This document shows, piece by piece, positions 37,625 through 51,860 of a stretch of DNA of 64,000 nucleotides. The stretch comes from Leucoraja erinacea (lineage: Eukaryota). Location of the stretch: positions 12,648,001-12,712,000 of the forward strand of contig NC_073397.1 of the NCBI RefSeq assembly GCF_028641065.1, given 5' to 3'. Numbering within the stretch: position 1 is the first letter of the stretch; every line of letters begins with the position of its first letter. The notes under the pieces are model-generated. The model was not told where the DNA came from and ran no database searches. It worked only from the letters and a program-made list of their open reading frames with translations. A program made the position numbers and the translations under genes.

Positions 37625-39277
37625 ATGTTCAGTCACTCTACACCTCCATTTCTCACCAGGAAGGTCTTAAAGCCCTCTGTTTCTTCCTCAACCGCAGAAT
37701 AGACCAATTTCTGTCTACTATCACTCTCCTCTGCCTAGCAGAGCTGGTCCTTCTCCTTTGACTCCTCCCATTTCCTCCAAATCTAAGGTGCAGCTATGGA
37801 CACTCGCATGTGCCCCAGCTATGCCTGCCTCTTTGTAGGGTACGTCAAACAATTACTGTTCCAGGCTTACACACTGGCCCTGTCTCCGAACTCTACCTCC
37901 ACTACATTGACGACTGCATTGGTGCTACCTCCTGCACCCATGCAGAACTCATTGATATCAACAACTTCACAACTAATTTCCATCCTGCACACTAAAATTC
38001 ACTTGGACCATCTCCGACATTTCCCTACTGTTTCTAGATCTCACCGTCTCCATCAGAGGAGACAGACTATTGATTGACATCTTTTACAAACCCACTTCTT
38101 CTTCTTTCGAGTCCATCGTGTTACAAATGATGACCTTGCTGTCATCGTCCATCCTGAAAAATCAGTGGAAGCTATCACGTCGCAATTGATAATGGTGGTA
38201 TCAGAATTAGCTCATGATACTTCCAGTTCCCATAGCTATCTAGCCAACACTTCTTCCCACTCTGCTTCCTATAAAGATTCTATTCCCTACTCCCAATTTG
38301 TCCGTATATGCCGCATCTGCGGATGAGGTGTTCCATACCAGGTCATCGGGGATGTCCTCATTCTTTAGGGAACGGGGGTTTCAATATAGATGAGGCTCTC
38401 ACTAGGGTCTCTTCGATATATCGTACCTCCGATCTTGCTTCCCCCTCCCCCCATTCGTAACAAAGACAGAGTCCCCCTTGTCCTCGCTTTCCACCCCATC
38501 AGCTGTCGCATACAGCACATAATCCTCTGACATTTTCGCCACCTCCAACAGGGTCTCATTGCTAGCCACATCTTCCCATCTCCACTCCTTTCTGCTTTCC
38601 GCAGAGAGCATTACCTCTGCATCTCCCTGGTCAATTTGCCCCTTCCCACCCAAACCACTCCCTCCCTGGTACTTTCCCCTGCAACCGCAGGAGGTGCAAC
38701 ACCTGTCCCTTTACCTCCCCCCTCGACTCCGTCCAAGGACCCCAACAGTCTTTTCAGGGGAGGCAAAGGTTCACTTGCACCTCCTCCAACCTCATCTGCT
38801 GTAGGTGCGGACTCCTGTATATCGGCGAGACCAAGCGCAGGCTCGACAATCGTTTCGCTGAACAACTCTGCTCAGTCCACCTAAACCTACCTGATTTCCC
38901 GGTTGCTCAGCACTTTAACTCCCCCTCCCATTCTCACACTGACCTTTCTGCCCTGGGCCTCCTCCATTGTCAGAGTGCAAATTGGTGGAACAGCAACTCA
39001 TTTTTTGCTTTGTTAGCTCGCACCCCATTGACTCCTCTAACTTCAAGTAGCCCTTGCTTTCCCTCTCTCTCCATCCCCTCCCCTTCCCAGTTCTCCTCCC
39101 AGTCTTACTGTCTCCGACTACATTTTATTTCTGTACCGCCCACTCCCCTGACATCAGTAAGAAGAAGAAAACATCACCCATTCCTTCTCTCCAGAGATGC
39201 TGCCTGTCCCGCTGAGTTACTCCGGCATTTTGTGTCTACCTTCAATTTAAACCAACATCTGCAAATTTTTCCTACAC
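37625..39277 (+). mobile_element. Decayed Penelope-like element (RT, GIY-YIG endonuclease, pLTR)
   Basis: AMDTRMCPSYACLFVGY, HYIDDC, SIPYSQF, CGLLYIGETKRRL..RFAE across frames; the pLTR hammerhead core is deleted in this copy (~39158-39175). Confidence 0.9.
38095..38222 (-). mobile_element. Short (GAA)n-tailed retroelement fragment nested in the Penelope-like element
   Basis: Interrupts YKPT|SHS; reverse complement ends ggactcgaaagaagaagaag. Confidence 0.55.
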
Positions 39278-42239
39278 GATATCATGGTTTCATTTGTTCA
39301 GCAGTTCTTGTTTTATGTGTTTGAGTAGGCTTAAAACAAAGCTGATTAAATTAAATGTTTTGGTTATATTCCTCATTTTTGTTTTGCTTCTGACATTGTC
39401 TCGCTAATTATAATTGTTCTTTCCACACCCTATTTTTTTGTTGTCATGTATTAAGAACTGCAGAGTCACAGTGAAATGTTTATTTTGGCTTCTGTTTCTA
39501 AACATTGTGGGAGGGGTAAGATCTGAGTTGCTCATGAAACTATTAACTGAAAGTGATAACAGGAATTTTGAAACAAATATCCAATGTTTTTAGTGATTTG
39601 GGTAAATGTGTAGATGGGGCATCTTGGTCGGCAAGGGCAAGTTGGGTGGCAGGGCCTGTTTTCATGCTGTATGACTAATAGTATCCGTGGCTGAAAGGAG
39701 CAGGTTGTAAGTGTTTCCCCCCCCCCCTCAATTTAAGGTAAATGTAATGGACTTACCAAAACTGTGCCCCACGATTTATTGGCTGCAGCCTTTTCTTTTG
39801 CTGCTGCAGTTCTAATTCTAAAAAAATCACCTGTCCACTGTATCTGTCTTTAAAATAGGATACATTTTTCTCATGCTGTGAATTACTCTACAAATGATTA
39901 GTCTACTGGGCTTTGGAAGGAGCAAATTATCAAGGCATGGCAGAGCCAAGTTAAATTCTATCAACTATTTGCTGTAATGGGAGACAAATATATTTAAGGA
40001 GCAGAGAGTTTGCAAATTCACTAATTTATGTGGGAGGGTAATTCTGTGCACTATGAATCTTGTTGCATTTCACAAGTCCATCTCTTTACCATTGAACAGC
40101 GTGATTTGTCAAATTCTCATTCTATTAAATGGATTTTTGAAGATTAGCTTCTGGAAATCAATTTGTGTAGCTAATAATGGTTGCAGCAACAAATAAAATC
40201 ATTAAGAGCAACATTGTTCACTGTCGAGGACAAGAAACAGAATGGAGTCAGGCACGAACTTTAAAGCTTTACATCCACTCTTCGGAGATTCTATTTGTCT
40301 TGCATATTCTGCTTTTATCATGCACTTTGTTTCTGTTCTCGAAGCACTTGCTTATTTAATACATTAGTTAAACACTCGTGAAACTAACTTCATATACGGC
40401 ACGTGTATAATTAAAAAAATTTTAAATAACAAATTAACTGAAAAACATAAATTAACCTTTAAATTGTGTAGGAAATCCTCAAAGAAAAAATATTGTGAAT
40501 AGAGTTTTATGAGCTGCAGCCCTTGAAGATAATATATACTTTTATATATGCTGATTTACTTCAGTAGGTCCAACCTGACAGCACTACAGTCCCAAGTGAA
40601 TTCGGCCCAAGTTAGAATTTTCAACACTGCTAGCTTTGTTGCGTATTTAAGGTCAATCATTTAGTAGCAGCTTGCTCGGTTCTGTCTGGAGACGGGATTC
40701 TTTCTGGGCGTTCAAAAGTGATTGGTACAAATGCACAACATTATATTAAATTGGCTCAACATAGTCTATAATTTTTTGTTGAAATAGAAGCCTGTAATTT
40801 CAAGTTAAGACTGCCTTGTTCTCCTGAGTTTAAAACAAGACACTGTTTTGGAGACCTACCATGGATGAACACGTCCGTGCACGTATATATGAGAGCAACT
40901 GTGACATGAATGTCTACAACCTTTTTTTAATTAGTGAAGGAGTATTGCGTCTCCACTGAAACTATGGAATTGCTGATTGTAAAATAGGGTACAGTTCAAC
41001 TTAGATTTTTTTCGAGGTTTGCAGGATTTGTTATACAAAGAAGTTTTGTTGAGCAAAAGAAACTGTTCTCCTTGGGGGTTACAGTCATGTCTCCATTTTG
41101 AGGTAATCTAGCTTCACAGAACTCCAGTTATGTACTCCAATAATGCTAAGACAAATTTTTATTTGCCTTTCTCTTCAGCTTTGAAATGTCAGAAAATGTC
41201 AAAATGCGCTGATTTTTGGAATTGCTTCACGAGTGAATTTTTTGGTTCTCACAGCAGTGGATTAGTTTTAGATCTATTTGTTTTTTCATTCAGTGTGGCA
41301 ACTTTAGCTCACTCTTTGATGTGAGTTTTGGCAACTGAACTGAAAAGCCTTTTTAAAATGTATTAAATTGCTATACCTGGAATGTAAACTAGTGGAGTGC
41401 ACGTTAATTTGATTTTTTTTTGTGCCATCCGAACTAACAAGAATGAATTGAATAAGTATTTGAAAATCTTTTTTTACTTTTTTGGACAAATCGGTTAATC
41501 ATTTAATATGTAGTATGACTTGTATTCAGTAAGTTTGCTTCTTTTGGATACTGCTTCAAAATATTTCATATATTTGCCTTTGTTTTACATTTTACCTTGA
41601 GATCTTCTGAAATTTAGTTTGCTTGCTTAAAACTCAAATAGCTTTTTCGCAGCTATTAGTTTTGTTGTTGAATCTCCTAGAGCTGTTTTAGTCTAAAATT
41701 TATTTAAAACTGCATATTGCAAAAATAGATAATCTAATAATATAATGCAACTTGAAAGATCGAATTTTGTGTAGAATTTATATTCCAGTTCTATCATGCA
41801 CCTTTAGAAAATGTCTATAATCTATAAAAGGGAGGAGGGGCAAGACAAAGCTTGGAAAGTAATAGGTGGATACAGGTGGGGGGCGGGGAGGTTTGATAGA
41901 CAAATGTTTGGAAAAAGCTTATCACAAACTCTCTTCACCTGTATCCATCTATTACATGCCAGGCTATGTCCTGTCCCTCCTCTCTTCCAGCTTTCTTCTT
42001 ATCATCTGTGTGATTTGACAGTTAGTAATAGCAACTGGTGATTAAATGTTGATGAAGAAAATATCATACATGTCCTGTAATAAGCTGTTGTAGGATTTTG
42101 ATGAGGCATGGCTTTGTTGATGAGGCAATGCCCAACATTGTTTAAAGTTACAAGCCAAATTCAGCAATGATTGGGAATTGCTCCCACCCCCCTCCAATCA
42201 CCACTTCACACCCAATCACCCACACCCTCCGAGCTGCAC

Positions 42240-43760
42240 AACATTACTTCTCCATCATCAACAATAAAAAATAGAGGAGGTGGAGAGGCTTTTCAGAGGA
42301 CAAAAAAGACGGAAATCTCCAGGACCTGACAATGTTTCCCTCTCTACTCTTTAGCTTTGTGCCAAACAGCTGGCACTGGTATATACAGACATTTTTAACC
42401 AGTCCATGCAAACATGTACTGTCCCTGCCTGCTTCAAAGTTTCCACTATTGTCCCTGTACCCAAAAAGGCAAGGATTACTTGTCTTAATGACTACAGGCC
42501 TGTCGCACTGACCTCTGTAGTCATGAAGACACTCGAAAGGCTTGTGCTGGCCCAGTTGAAAAATATCACAAACTCCCTGGTGGACCCTCTGCAGTTTGCA
42601 TATCGGGCCAATGGATCTGTGGATGATGTAGTCATCCTGGGCCTGTACTTCAACCTACAGCACCTGGACCGCCAGGGGACCTATGCGAGAATCCTGTTCG
42701 TTGATTTTAGCTCTGCATTCAACACCATTGTGCCAGAGCTACTACACTCCAAACTTTCCGAGTTGATTGTGCCTGAACCCCTCTGTCGCTGGATCACCAG
42801 CTTCCTGACAGACAGGAAGCAGCATGTGAGGTTGGGAAAGCACATCTCGGACGCGCAAACGCTCAGCATAGGCTGCGTACTCTCTCCTCTCCTCTACTCT
42901 CTCTACACCAACGACTGCATCTCCACAGACACCTCTGTCAAGCTTCTCAAGTTTGTGGATGACACAACCCTGATTGGACTGATCCAGGATGGGAAGGAAT
43001 CTGCCTACAGACAGGAAGCGTCACAGCTGGTGTCCTGGTGCCATCGCACCAACCTAGAACTCAATGGTCTTAAGTGGAATTGAATGCAGACTTTAGGAGA
43101 GCACCCCCTCCCCTCACCCCACCCGCCATCAAAAACAACACAGTCACATCTGTGGAGTCTTTTAAGTTCCTGGGAACCATCATCTCCAAGGACCTTAAGT
43201 GGGGGGCTACCATTGACTCCACAGTCAAAAAGGCACAACAGAGGATGTACTTCCTACGGCAGCTGATGAAGCACAATCTGCCACAGGCAATGATGGTCCA
43301 ATTCTACACGGCCATCGTAGAGTCTGTTCTCACCTTCTCCATTATGGTCTGGTTTGGCTCAGCCACCAAGCACGACACCTGGAGGCTGCAGCGAATTGTC
43401 CAATCAGCTGAGAAGATTATTGGCTACAACCTTCCCTCCATTGATGAACTGTACACTGCAACGGCCAGGAACCGAGCAGGCAATATCATCTCTGACCCCT
43501 CTCACCCTGGCCACAAACTCTTTGAATCACTTCCTCCTGGAAGGCAACTCCGGACTGTCAAAGCTGCCACAGCCAGACATAAAAACAGTTTTTATCCACG
43601 AGTAGTTGCTCTATTCAACAGCCAAAAAGCTGTAGCTTAATGTTTAGTGTTTTCGGAGTCATTCGTGACTGTCACTGTATGTCATGTTGTTACTTGTGGG
43701 CGGAGCACCAAGGCAAATTCCTTGTATGTGAATACTTGGCCAATAAACTTACTTACTTGA
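42240..43760 (+). mobile_element. Rex1/Babar-like LINE, RT and 3' end
   Basis: [68 protein letters not shown]; aataaac(ttac)n tail. Confidence 0.92.
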
Positions 43761-44144
43761 TTTCCAATTTTTCAATTACTCTCTGGTACGGATATTAATT
43801 GCCCCAGGTAAACAAAACAAAACGAAAATCTTATATGTTAGAATGGTGACTGGATTTCAATGAGAGAGATGTTTGGAAATGTATACCAAAGTACACATCC
43901 CTCTTTGTTCTAATTTTTGAACAAGTTAGTCATACAAATTTGTTAACTTTTTGTTTAATGAATGGATGATGGGTCGCTTAAATTACTGATAGGGCGTGTG
44001 ACCATGATAGAGAATAGTTGCTGGAATCTTCTTGCAAATAACAAACCATTTATTTCACAATGATGTGGTTCATTACCCTTCACAGATGCTGCCTGACCTG
44101 CTGAGTCTTCCAGCAGTTTGTTTGTTTGCCATAATAGTTGGATT

Positions 44145-44440
44145 TGGTTTAGTTTTTTAGTTTAGAGATACAGAGCAGAAACAGGCCCTTTGGTCCACCA
44201 AGTCCGGACCGACCAGCAATCCCTGCACATTAACACACGCACTAGGGACAATTTTACATTTTACACCAAGCCAATCAACCTACAAACCTGTACGTCTTTG
44301 GAGTGTGGGAGGAAACTGAAGATATCAGAAAACCCACGCGGTCACGGGTAGAATGTATAAACTCTGTACAGACAGTGGCAATAGTTGTGATCGAACTAAG
44401 CACTGCAAGGCAGCAACTCTGCCGCTGTGCCACCGTGCCT
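44145..44440 (-). mobile_element. HE1/V-SINE-type SINE
   Basis: tttagtttagagatacag tail, ctttggagtgtgggaggaaac, gcagcaactct...ccaccgtgcc head. Confidence 0.85.
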
Positions 44441-46145
44441 CAGTTGATTGAGTTATTTTTAATTGAGTTATATAGAAGTAGAGTCAAAGTTGAAAAATTA
44501 CTCCAGATCATTTGGCACGGATATTTTCACCTTTTCAGTGAACTTTGTTAACATATTAACATAACAGATTTGTAATGCTTCAGTGAATTTGTACTTTTCA
44601 TATACTGTTGCCTTCCAAATATGCTCAGTTTTTCTCTTGTGTGAACGTTTCAAATCAAGTTTTCTTTCTTGAGAGAAAATACACTAATTAAAGTGGGGGG
44701 GGGGAGAAATGCAGCTTTTGAGATTAACTGTGATGCATTACACCCTTGCTTGACTTGCAGTTTGTGATGCCATCTCAAGGATAAGAATGCTAATGGAAAC
44801 AGCGCCAAGAGGGACTTTATTTGGAGAGAGATGTGACTGAAGGGGCTGCTAGACTGGGACCTAACATGAATCCTTGCCCTCAGCTGGTGTCCCGGAAATG
44901 TGTTTGCCCCATGGCTTAATGTGGAGAAGCTAAGCGTGAGGGCTGGTGTTGGCCGGTTGAGCATTGTGGTTACTCTGAGCCTGAGATATGGGTTGCATAC
45001 CAGCCAGCATAGAGAGCGAAAATCATTGTGAAACTGGCAGCATCAATCATGTGCTCACGGCAGTCATTGGCCATCGAACTTTAGCATTAGCATTCTCTGG
45101 GCTGGGAAAAGCTAGTAGCCAAGGAAAGCAAGACAGCGGCTTCCATCAGACCCAACATAAGATGACAGAGAGACAGGAGGTTCTGATAGTCTGTCGACAC
45201 AGAGCAGGTGATGCCTGAGTCACAGTCAACAACTTGAGTAAAGGCCTGTTTAGTACAGGAGAGTTTGTCTGTGAATGTTTGGAATAGAGCACCAAGGCTA
45301 TCACAATGAAAAGGCACTCTGTGTGGTGCCAGTGTATTCTTCTTGACCTCTGTAGCTTTTGACAGGATTGACTATACTGTCCTCCACTAATTTATCTTCT
45401 CTGTTGACCAGTTCAGTGGGACTACCCATACCACTCCTGTTTTTCATATTTAGAGAATTTCCTCCAATAGGTTCTCATAGTACCCCTGCATTTTTTACTT
45501 TGGTGGTTGTGCTTGGATTCTCCCTCTACTTGTTCCAGATGAATGCTGCCTAATCTGCTAAATTACTCTAGCACAGCCTTTTTTGTAGTCTGAAGAAGAG
45601 TTCTGCCCCAAAAGGTCACCTAGCCGTGTTGTCCAAGGATAATGAAACCTGCTCAATTACTCCAGCATTTTGTACCCTTTGTTCCAGATATATGTTGACC
45701 ACACAGTAATACAATTCTACAACATTTCTTGATCCAATATTGCCACCATTTCAAGCTTTCACCTGAGTTTCAAACCTGACACAATTCCAAGTCACAAATT
45801 CAACCAGTTTTAAAAATGGAGTATGACAAAGCTACGATGTTTGCCTTGTTGGAATTTCCCAAAAAATTGCAATAAACAATCCTTTGTCATTCTTTCACAG
45901 CTTGCCCATCCAGGGTTGTCATTCAATTTATTATTTGGTCTCCATCTGGCACAGACTTCTGTGGAACTCAAAGATTAACATTTGAAGTTTTCAAAGTTTT
46001 GATGAAAGGATATCAACCTGATATCTTAAGTCTGTTTCTTTCCAATGCAGAAACAAGTTGACGTAGCTTGGTGTTTTGATCAGTTAATATGGTTTACCAA
46101 TGGTTAGCAAAGTAGTCTTGTATAAATCGGTTGTTAATCGGTCAT

Positions 46146-46273
46146 AGATACAAAATGCTGAAGTAATTTGCAGCATCTCTGGAGAAAAGGAATGGGTGAC
46201 GAGATGCTGCCTGTCCCGCTGAGTTACTCCAGCATTTTTGTTTTAAATAAGCATCTGCAGTTCCTTCCTACAC
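46146..46273. mobile_element. Palindromic Penelope-pLTR-derived insertion, centre deleted
   Basis: Inverted arms; TSD tgttaatcggtcat / tgttaatctgtcat (46132-45, 46274-87). Confidence 0.8.
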
Positions 46274-47357
46274 TGTTAATCTGTCATTTATGTACATAAT
46301 AATATTGGTTTTATCCCAGATAGTTCAAGAGAGTATCTCCCACCCTGAGATGCTGATAGTTGACTTGTTCTGTGTGTCCTTTGAATGTATACCCAAACAG
46401 AATCATGTCATTCACTAACATGATGTAAGATTATAAGATTAACCAGCGAATGCAATGTCATGATTTTTTTGTTTACATTTTTTATTTTGTAGCAAGCAAA
46501 TTATATTAGTCAAAATGCTTTATTTTGTCAAAATGCCCTTGCGAAAAACAATAACTGAAAGATAATAATATGTTATTTGTAAAGAATGGCCTTCTGAGCT
46601 CTATCTGCTTATGGGGAAAATTCACACAAACATAAATAGCATACAATACTATAAATATGGCTGTATAGCTTGAAAAACCAGCTTTGATGATGTGAGGCTC
46701 AAATTGATCAGCTTTGTAATCTGATCTGCATATTTTCTTATTAGATGTGTTGACATGCAGTTTAGAGCAAGTTATATAACATTGTGATTTTATTTTGGAC
46801 ATTGTTTTTGTTTTCAAATAAAGTAAAACAAAGTTTAGAGTTGTTTATTGGCATTAAATTCTGACAGCAGGTAATGGAAGTTAAAATTCTGAGCATCATG
46901 CAAGAAAATCCTATGAATTATTGCTTGGGAGGGGAATACTTGAGAGATAGAAGGTTATGGTTTTCTGCCCTTGGGCACATGTATAGAAATACTGACTTTT
47001 CTGTTGAAGGAATGCTTCTCTTTTGAAAGTTAAACTTGGGCGCTGTTTGTTCTCTTATGGACAAAACATTATGGCGAATGTAAAGAACATATATATATAT
47101 ATATATACACTTCAACCAAGATCATTGAATACATAATCTGATCATTATTGCTCTGTTTTTGAGTTTGATGTGCACAGTCTGGCTGATATATTTCACACAC
47201 ATTGAGCAAAAACTGCATTTCGTAAGTGCTTCAGTTGATTATAAAGTGCTCAGATGTCGTATCGCACAAAATTCTTTCTCTCTGTAATTAAAATAGATTA
47301 ACTTTTTCTGAAAACAAGTTCTGTTCATCAAGTTTGGGCAGCTCAGTGACATGAGTA

Positions 47358-48328
47358 CAGGTGCACAACCTTTTATCCGAAAGCCTTGGGACCAGACACT
47401 TGTCGGATTTCGGACATTTTCGGATTTCCGAATGGAAGATTTTTAGCGTAGATTAGGTAGGTAGCGCGGGCGGCTTGAAAAGTCTGAAGCAGCTGCCTCC
47501 TCCCCGGAGACCGGGAGAATCATTGCATAAATGTTAGTCAGTTAGTTTGGAGGGATTTTATGTGGTGGTGGTGGAGTAGGGGTGAAGGGGGAAACTTTAA
47601 TTCTTAGTCCCCTACCTGGTCGGCGGCTCCCAACCTCGCAGAGCTGGGGGCTTCGTCCGGCCGTGGGCGGCGCTGGTTGGAGCTCCGACCCCGGCAACTC
47701 TACCCCTGGCTGCGCGGCTCCAAATCCAGCGACGCTCCGCGAACGTTGGGTCGGCGGCCACAGCGCTCCGGAGCTTGCCGCACGGCGACCCGGTAAGGCA
47801 TTGCCCGCTCCCCGCTGGTATCCCAGCGCTGCGACGCCGCCGACTCCCGGCATTCGCGGAGCTGGGGCGTCCGGCCGCGGGCGGCGCTGGATTTGGAGCG
47901 CCTCGCAGCCAGGGGTAGAGTTGCCGGGGTCGGAGCTACAACCGGCGCCGCCCGCTGCCCCACCGGCCACAGCGCTGCGGAGCTTACTGCACGGCGACCC
48001 GGTAAGGCATTGACCGCTCCCCGCCTCTCCGACCAGGTAGGGGACTAAGAATTAAAGTTTACCCCTTCACCCCCCCCCCCCTTCACATAAAAGCGCTCCA
48101 AACTAACTGACTAACATTTAAGCAATGATTTACAGATGTTTAAGCGTCTCCCGGTCTCCGGGGAGGAGGCAGCCGCTACAGTAGTACAGACCTGGGTTGA
48201 CCGTGGGTCGTTTCGGGTCAAGTTTGGCGCCAAACGCGAGCTTTGGTGCGCAGACGACATCTGGAAAAAATGGCCGGTTTTCGGAGTTTTTCGGTTTCCG
48301 GAACACCGGATAAAAGGTTGTGCACCTG
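47358..48328. mobile_element. Tc1/mariner-superfamily MITE, copy 2 (inverted relative to 10319-11284)
   Basis: TA TSD (47356-57, 48329-30); same TIRs; near-identical spurious ORF translations on the opposite strand. Confidence 0.9.
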
Positions 48329-51300
48329 TAGTAACATTTTCCAAATTTTTAGTCACCTTTGTCTTCCTCTGAGTTGGACAGCTTGCTATTGAATGAAATT
48401 ATCTTTGTACCCAAATTATGCATCAACTTTAGCTTTTAAAAACATTTTTTACCCAACTCTCATGCATGCCATCATATGGCCAGGGAATTCACATGCATGG
48501 AAGTAGGCAAACTGGTTATGCTGGGGAGAAGCTCTGACATGACTGTGAGGCTGTGATATAAATTAGTTTTGGAGAGAATGACTAGCGCATGTTGACAATA
48601 ATTTAGGTTTGCAATGTTTGGGAACTGCATTTTGCTGAATTGATGCCTTTTCATATTTTAAGTGACTTTTATTGTTACATTCAATTCTGAGTCCATTTAG
48701 CCTGTAAAGGATTAGCAATATCTCTGCTGCAATTTTATGAGTTGGCAATCAAAATGGTGTGCACACTATAATAAAAACCATTGAGCTTTAAAATAAAATG
48801 TAGCATGCACATTTGCAAGTTAATGGAGAAATTCAGAGACCTATCGAGGTTTCTTGTACTTGAAGGATATCACTAAATCTAAAATCCCCAACAAAACAGA
48901 CATCTGTTCTAGCATCAGTAATAAACATTTCTTTCTCTCCAGAGATGCTGCCTGTCCCGCTGAGTTACTCCAGCATTTTGTCTACCTTGCATTTTAATTT
49001 AGTTCATTATAATATGTCATACAGTAGTCTTGGAGCTGCCTTACAGGTCCACTAATTCCAATTGAATGATTTCTTGCCTCTGTCCCTTTTGTACCTTGTA
49101 GCTTCATGGTGGTCGCAAGAGTTTTTATTTTATAATTTGATTGCATCCTGTATCATTTGTAATTGAGGGTGCAAGAAAGAAACAAAACGATGAATGCAAA
49201 TTAATTTCAATAAATAAATTTTTAATCTCAATTTCACTTAACTGCGGAATTGGGAGTTTGCTCTGGTCAACTTCAAAGTATACTAATACATCGTGTTAGT
49301 GGATATGCAGTGAAGAAAACCAGCCATTGTGTTGCATGATTTTCTAAAAGCGGTGCGTAACTATGATGGTAGCCTTCATTCTTCAATTCACCTGTTGAAA
49401 TAATTTTATTTTATACATGAATGGACTTGTCGTTTGAAGCAAGGATGATTGTGCACCATTTGTCAGAATAAATCCTGTACAGACAGGACCCATAGTCTGG
49501 ATTGAACCTGGGTCTCTGGCACTAATAGGCAGCAACTCTACCACTGTGCCACCCTCGTGTTCACTAGAGTTCTATTCTGAGTGCATGTGAAGATGCCAAA
49601 TGGTGAGGGTGGATGCCAGCAGACATGAGTACCATCACAAAATATATACAAAGAGATTTCAAATAATAGTAGTGAAATATTTTACATCATCTCCAGTTGG
49701 CATTGCTGCATTTTGGCTTTGAACTCAATCCCATGCAAATTAATCACAGTTAAGCACAAATACTGTAATCTAATTGATTTGATTTCATAGCTTTATAACA
49801 TGTCATACTATTTATATTAGCAATAACTGTTATGTTTGAATATCTATGTTTTGGAGGTAAGCTGGGACAAAATTATTTTAGCAAAATTGTTTGGGGCATA
49901 GAAGTAAATCCAAGTGTTGTATACGCAAAATAGATGGTGCAATTTGCATGGAATACTGTAACAACCTTTAATCAAGCACTGTCTAAGAATAAATCAGAGA
50001 ACTAAAGATGCTGCAACACAGACATTTCACACTGGAAGCTAAATTAGCTCAACTGTCTTAAAGATTAAAAATCAATATCATCTTGTGAATTTCCATCTAA
50101 TGGGAGGAGTAGGCTCCAATAATGTATCCACAGTGTGCAGCAGCAGAGTCTGACTTTGTCTGCCAAAGACACAGCAGAAATGTTCATAGCCATCTTCACT
50201 GAAAGCCGGGTAATTGCTCTACCTCGCTGAAGCCAGTCAGTTAAGCTAATTTGATTCCCAATATTTGATAGCAAATAGTTAAGAACACTCCCTATACAAT
50301 TACTGTATGATTTGCCACGAATCATAACTAATCATTAACATTTTCATAAAGACACCTGTTGAAGAAAGATAGAACTACTGACCTGTTCAAGAACTTTATA
50401 GGCTGCAAAAGTGCTTTCCAAAGCTAGCCAGCACATTACTGTTTTATGTTCACAAGAAACAAAATACTCAAGCTGCCTAATAACTCCCAATCAGGTTGCT
50501 TGCAATCATCAGTGAAGTGATGGAATATGTTGTTTGACAGTATTATCAAGCCCTGCTGCTAACCCAAATCATTGAAACTAGTTGGTTTGCACCAAATCTT
50601 CATTGGAACTGGTATTCAGTTTGAGTTTAGCCCGAACTACTGGGCGATAAACCTCATTAAAGCTATGACTCTAACACTGACATGAATTCTTGAGATTGGA
50701 TTGACTGCCAATATCATCGACATGAATGTGCCATTGAAAGACATCAAGAAGCCTTGTAAAATTGTGGTAAGAGAGAATTATGGGAAGTGCAGTCCATTTG
50801 GTAAAGTTATCCCATGCACAAAACAAAATGGTCATGAATTTGGGAATTATCTCAGCCCATCTCTAAAGAAACATCTTAGTGTAGTGTTAGACCCAAACTT
50901 CATTTTCACTTAAATTTACATTTTTCTTGTTCCATTCTGTCCTTAAATTGTTCCCCCCTCTATAGTTGAATATGGGCCCCTTCCTGCCTTTGTAGATGAA
51001 GAGCAGGAAATTGCCCCTTCCTCCTCCAGAAGTAATACACAGTTCTGTTTAAGTGAACAAGCGATTGTGTTACTTGTTTGCAGCTGAAGTAATCGGAATT
51101 GCCTTAATAATTGAAAAGAAGCTCTTGGATCCAGTAATGTTGATTAAAGATGGTTAACAAAATAAAACTTTTATCAATGCAAGGCAATCCTAAAAGTAAG
51201 ATTCAGGTTACAAATGCATTAGTTGTAGTGATATTTTGATGGTTCATGCCAAAGCATTGTTTAAACAAATGAGATGTTAATAGTTCGAGAATTCTTCAGT

Positions 51301-51860
51301 GGTATCATTTCATGTTTCTAACTGTATTAATAGGCAGTTTTTTCTTTTTTTTAATATGGGGATCTCAATTGACCAGCTGGCTAGCAAGGTTTTTCATGCA
51401 AAGAGTGTCTTTGTACAGTTTAGTAGGGTCCTATCAAATATGAGCTGAAGTTGACTGTTTGGCCCTTGTGCCTGGTCTTAAGATTTACAAGATCACAGTG
51501 GATTTTCTACCAGGGACACAAATGTCTTACTCTTTGTTCATATTACTATTTAACCTATAAATTTATTAGTCTTTCTTTGCATCCAGGGCAGAAAAATCAA
51601 CAGATTCACCAGGTTCATGTATTTGTTCACTATGGATCGCTCGATCATATATTGTCTTTCCACTGACTGGTTAGCAAGCAACAAAAGCTTTTTTCACTGT
51701 ACCTCGGTACACGTGACAATAAACTAAACTAAAGTTTTAACTGGCCAAGCCTTGATTTTGAGATTGCCACCTGCAGTTCTGTACTCTTTAAGTACTCTGC
51801 ATTTGCTTTTCTGGGTACTTTGTGTTATGCATGTTTCAATGAAGCAATCTATTGTTCTTT

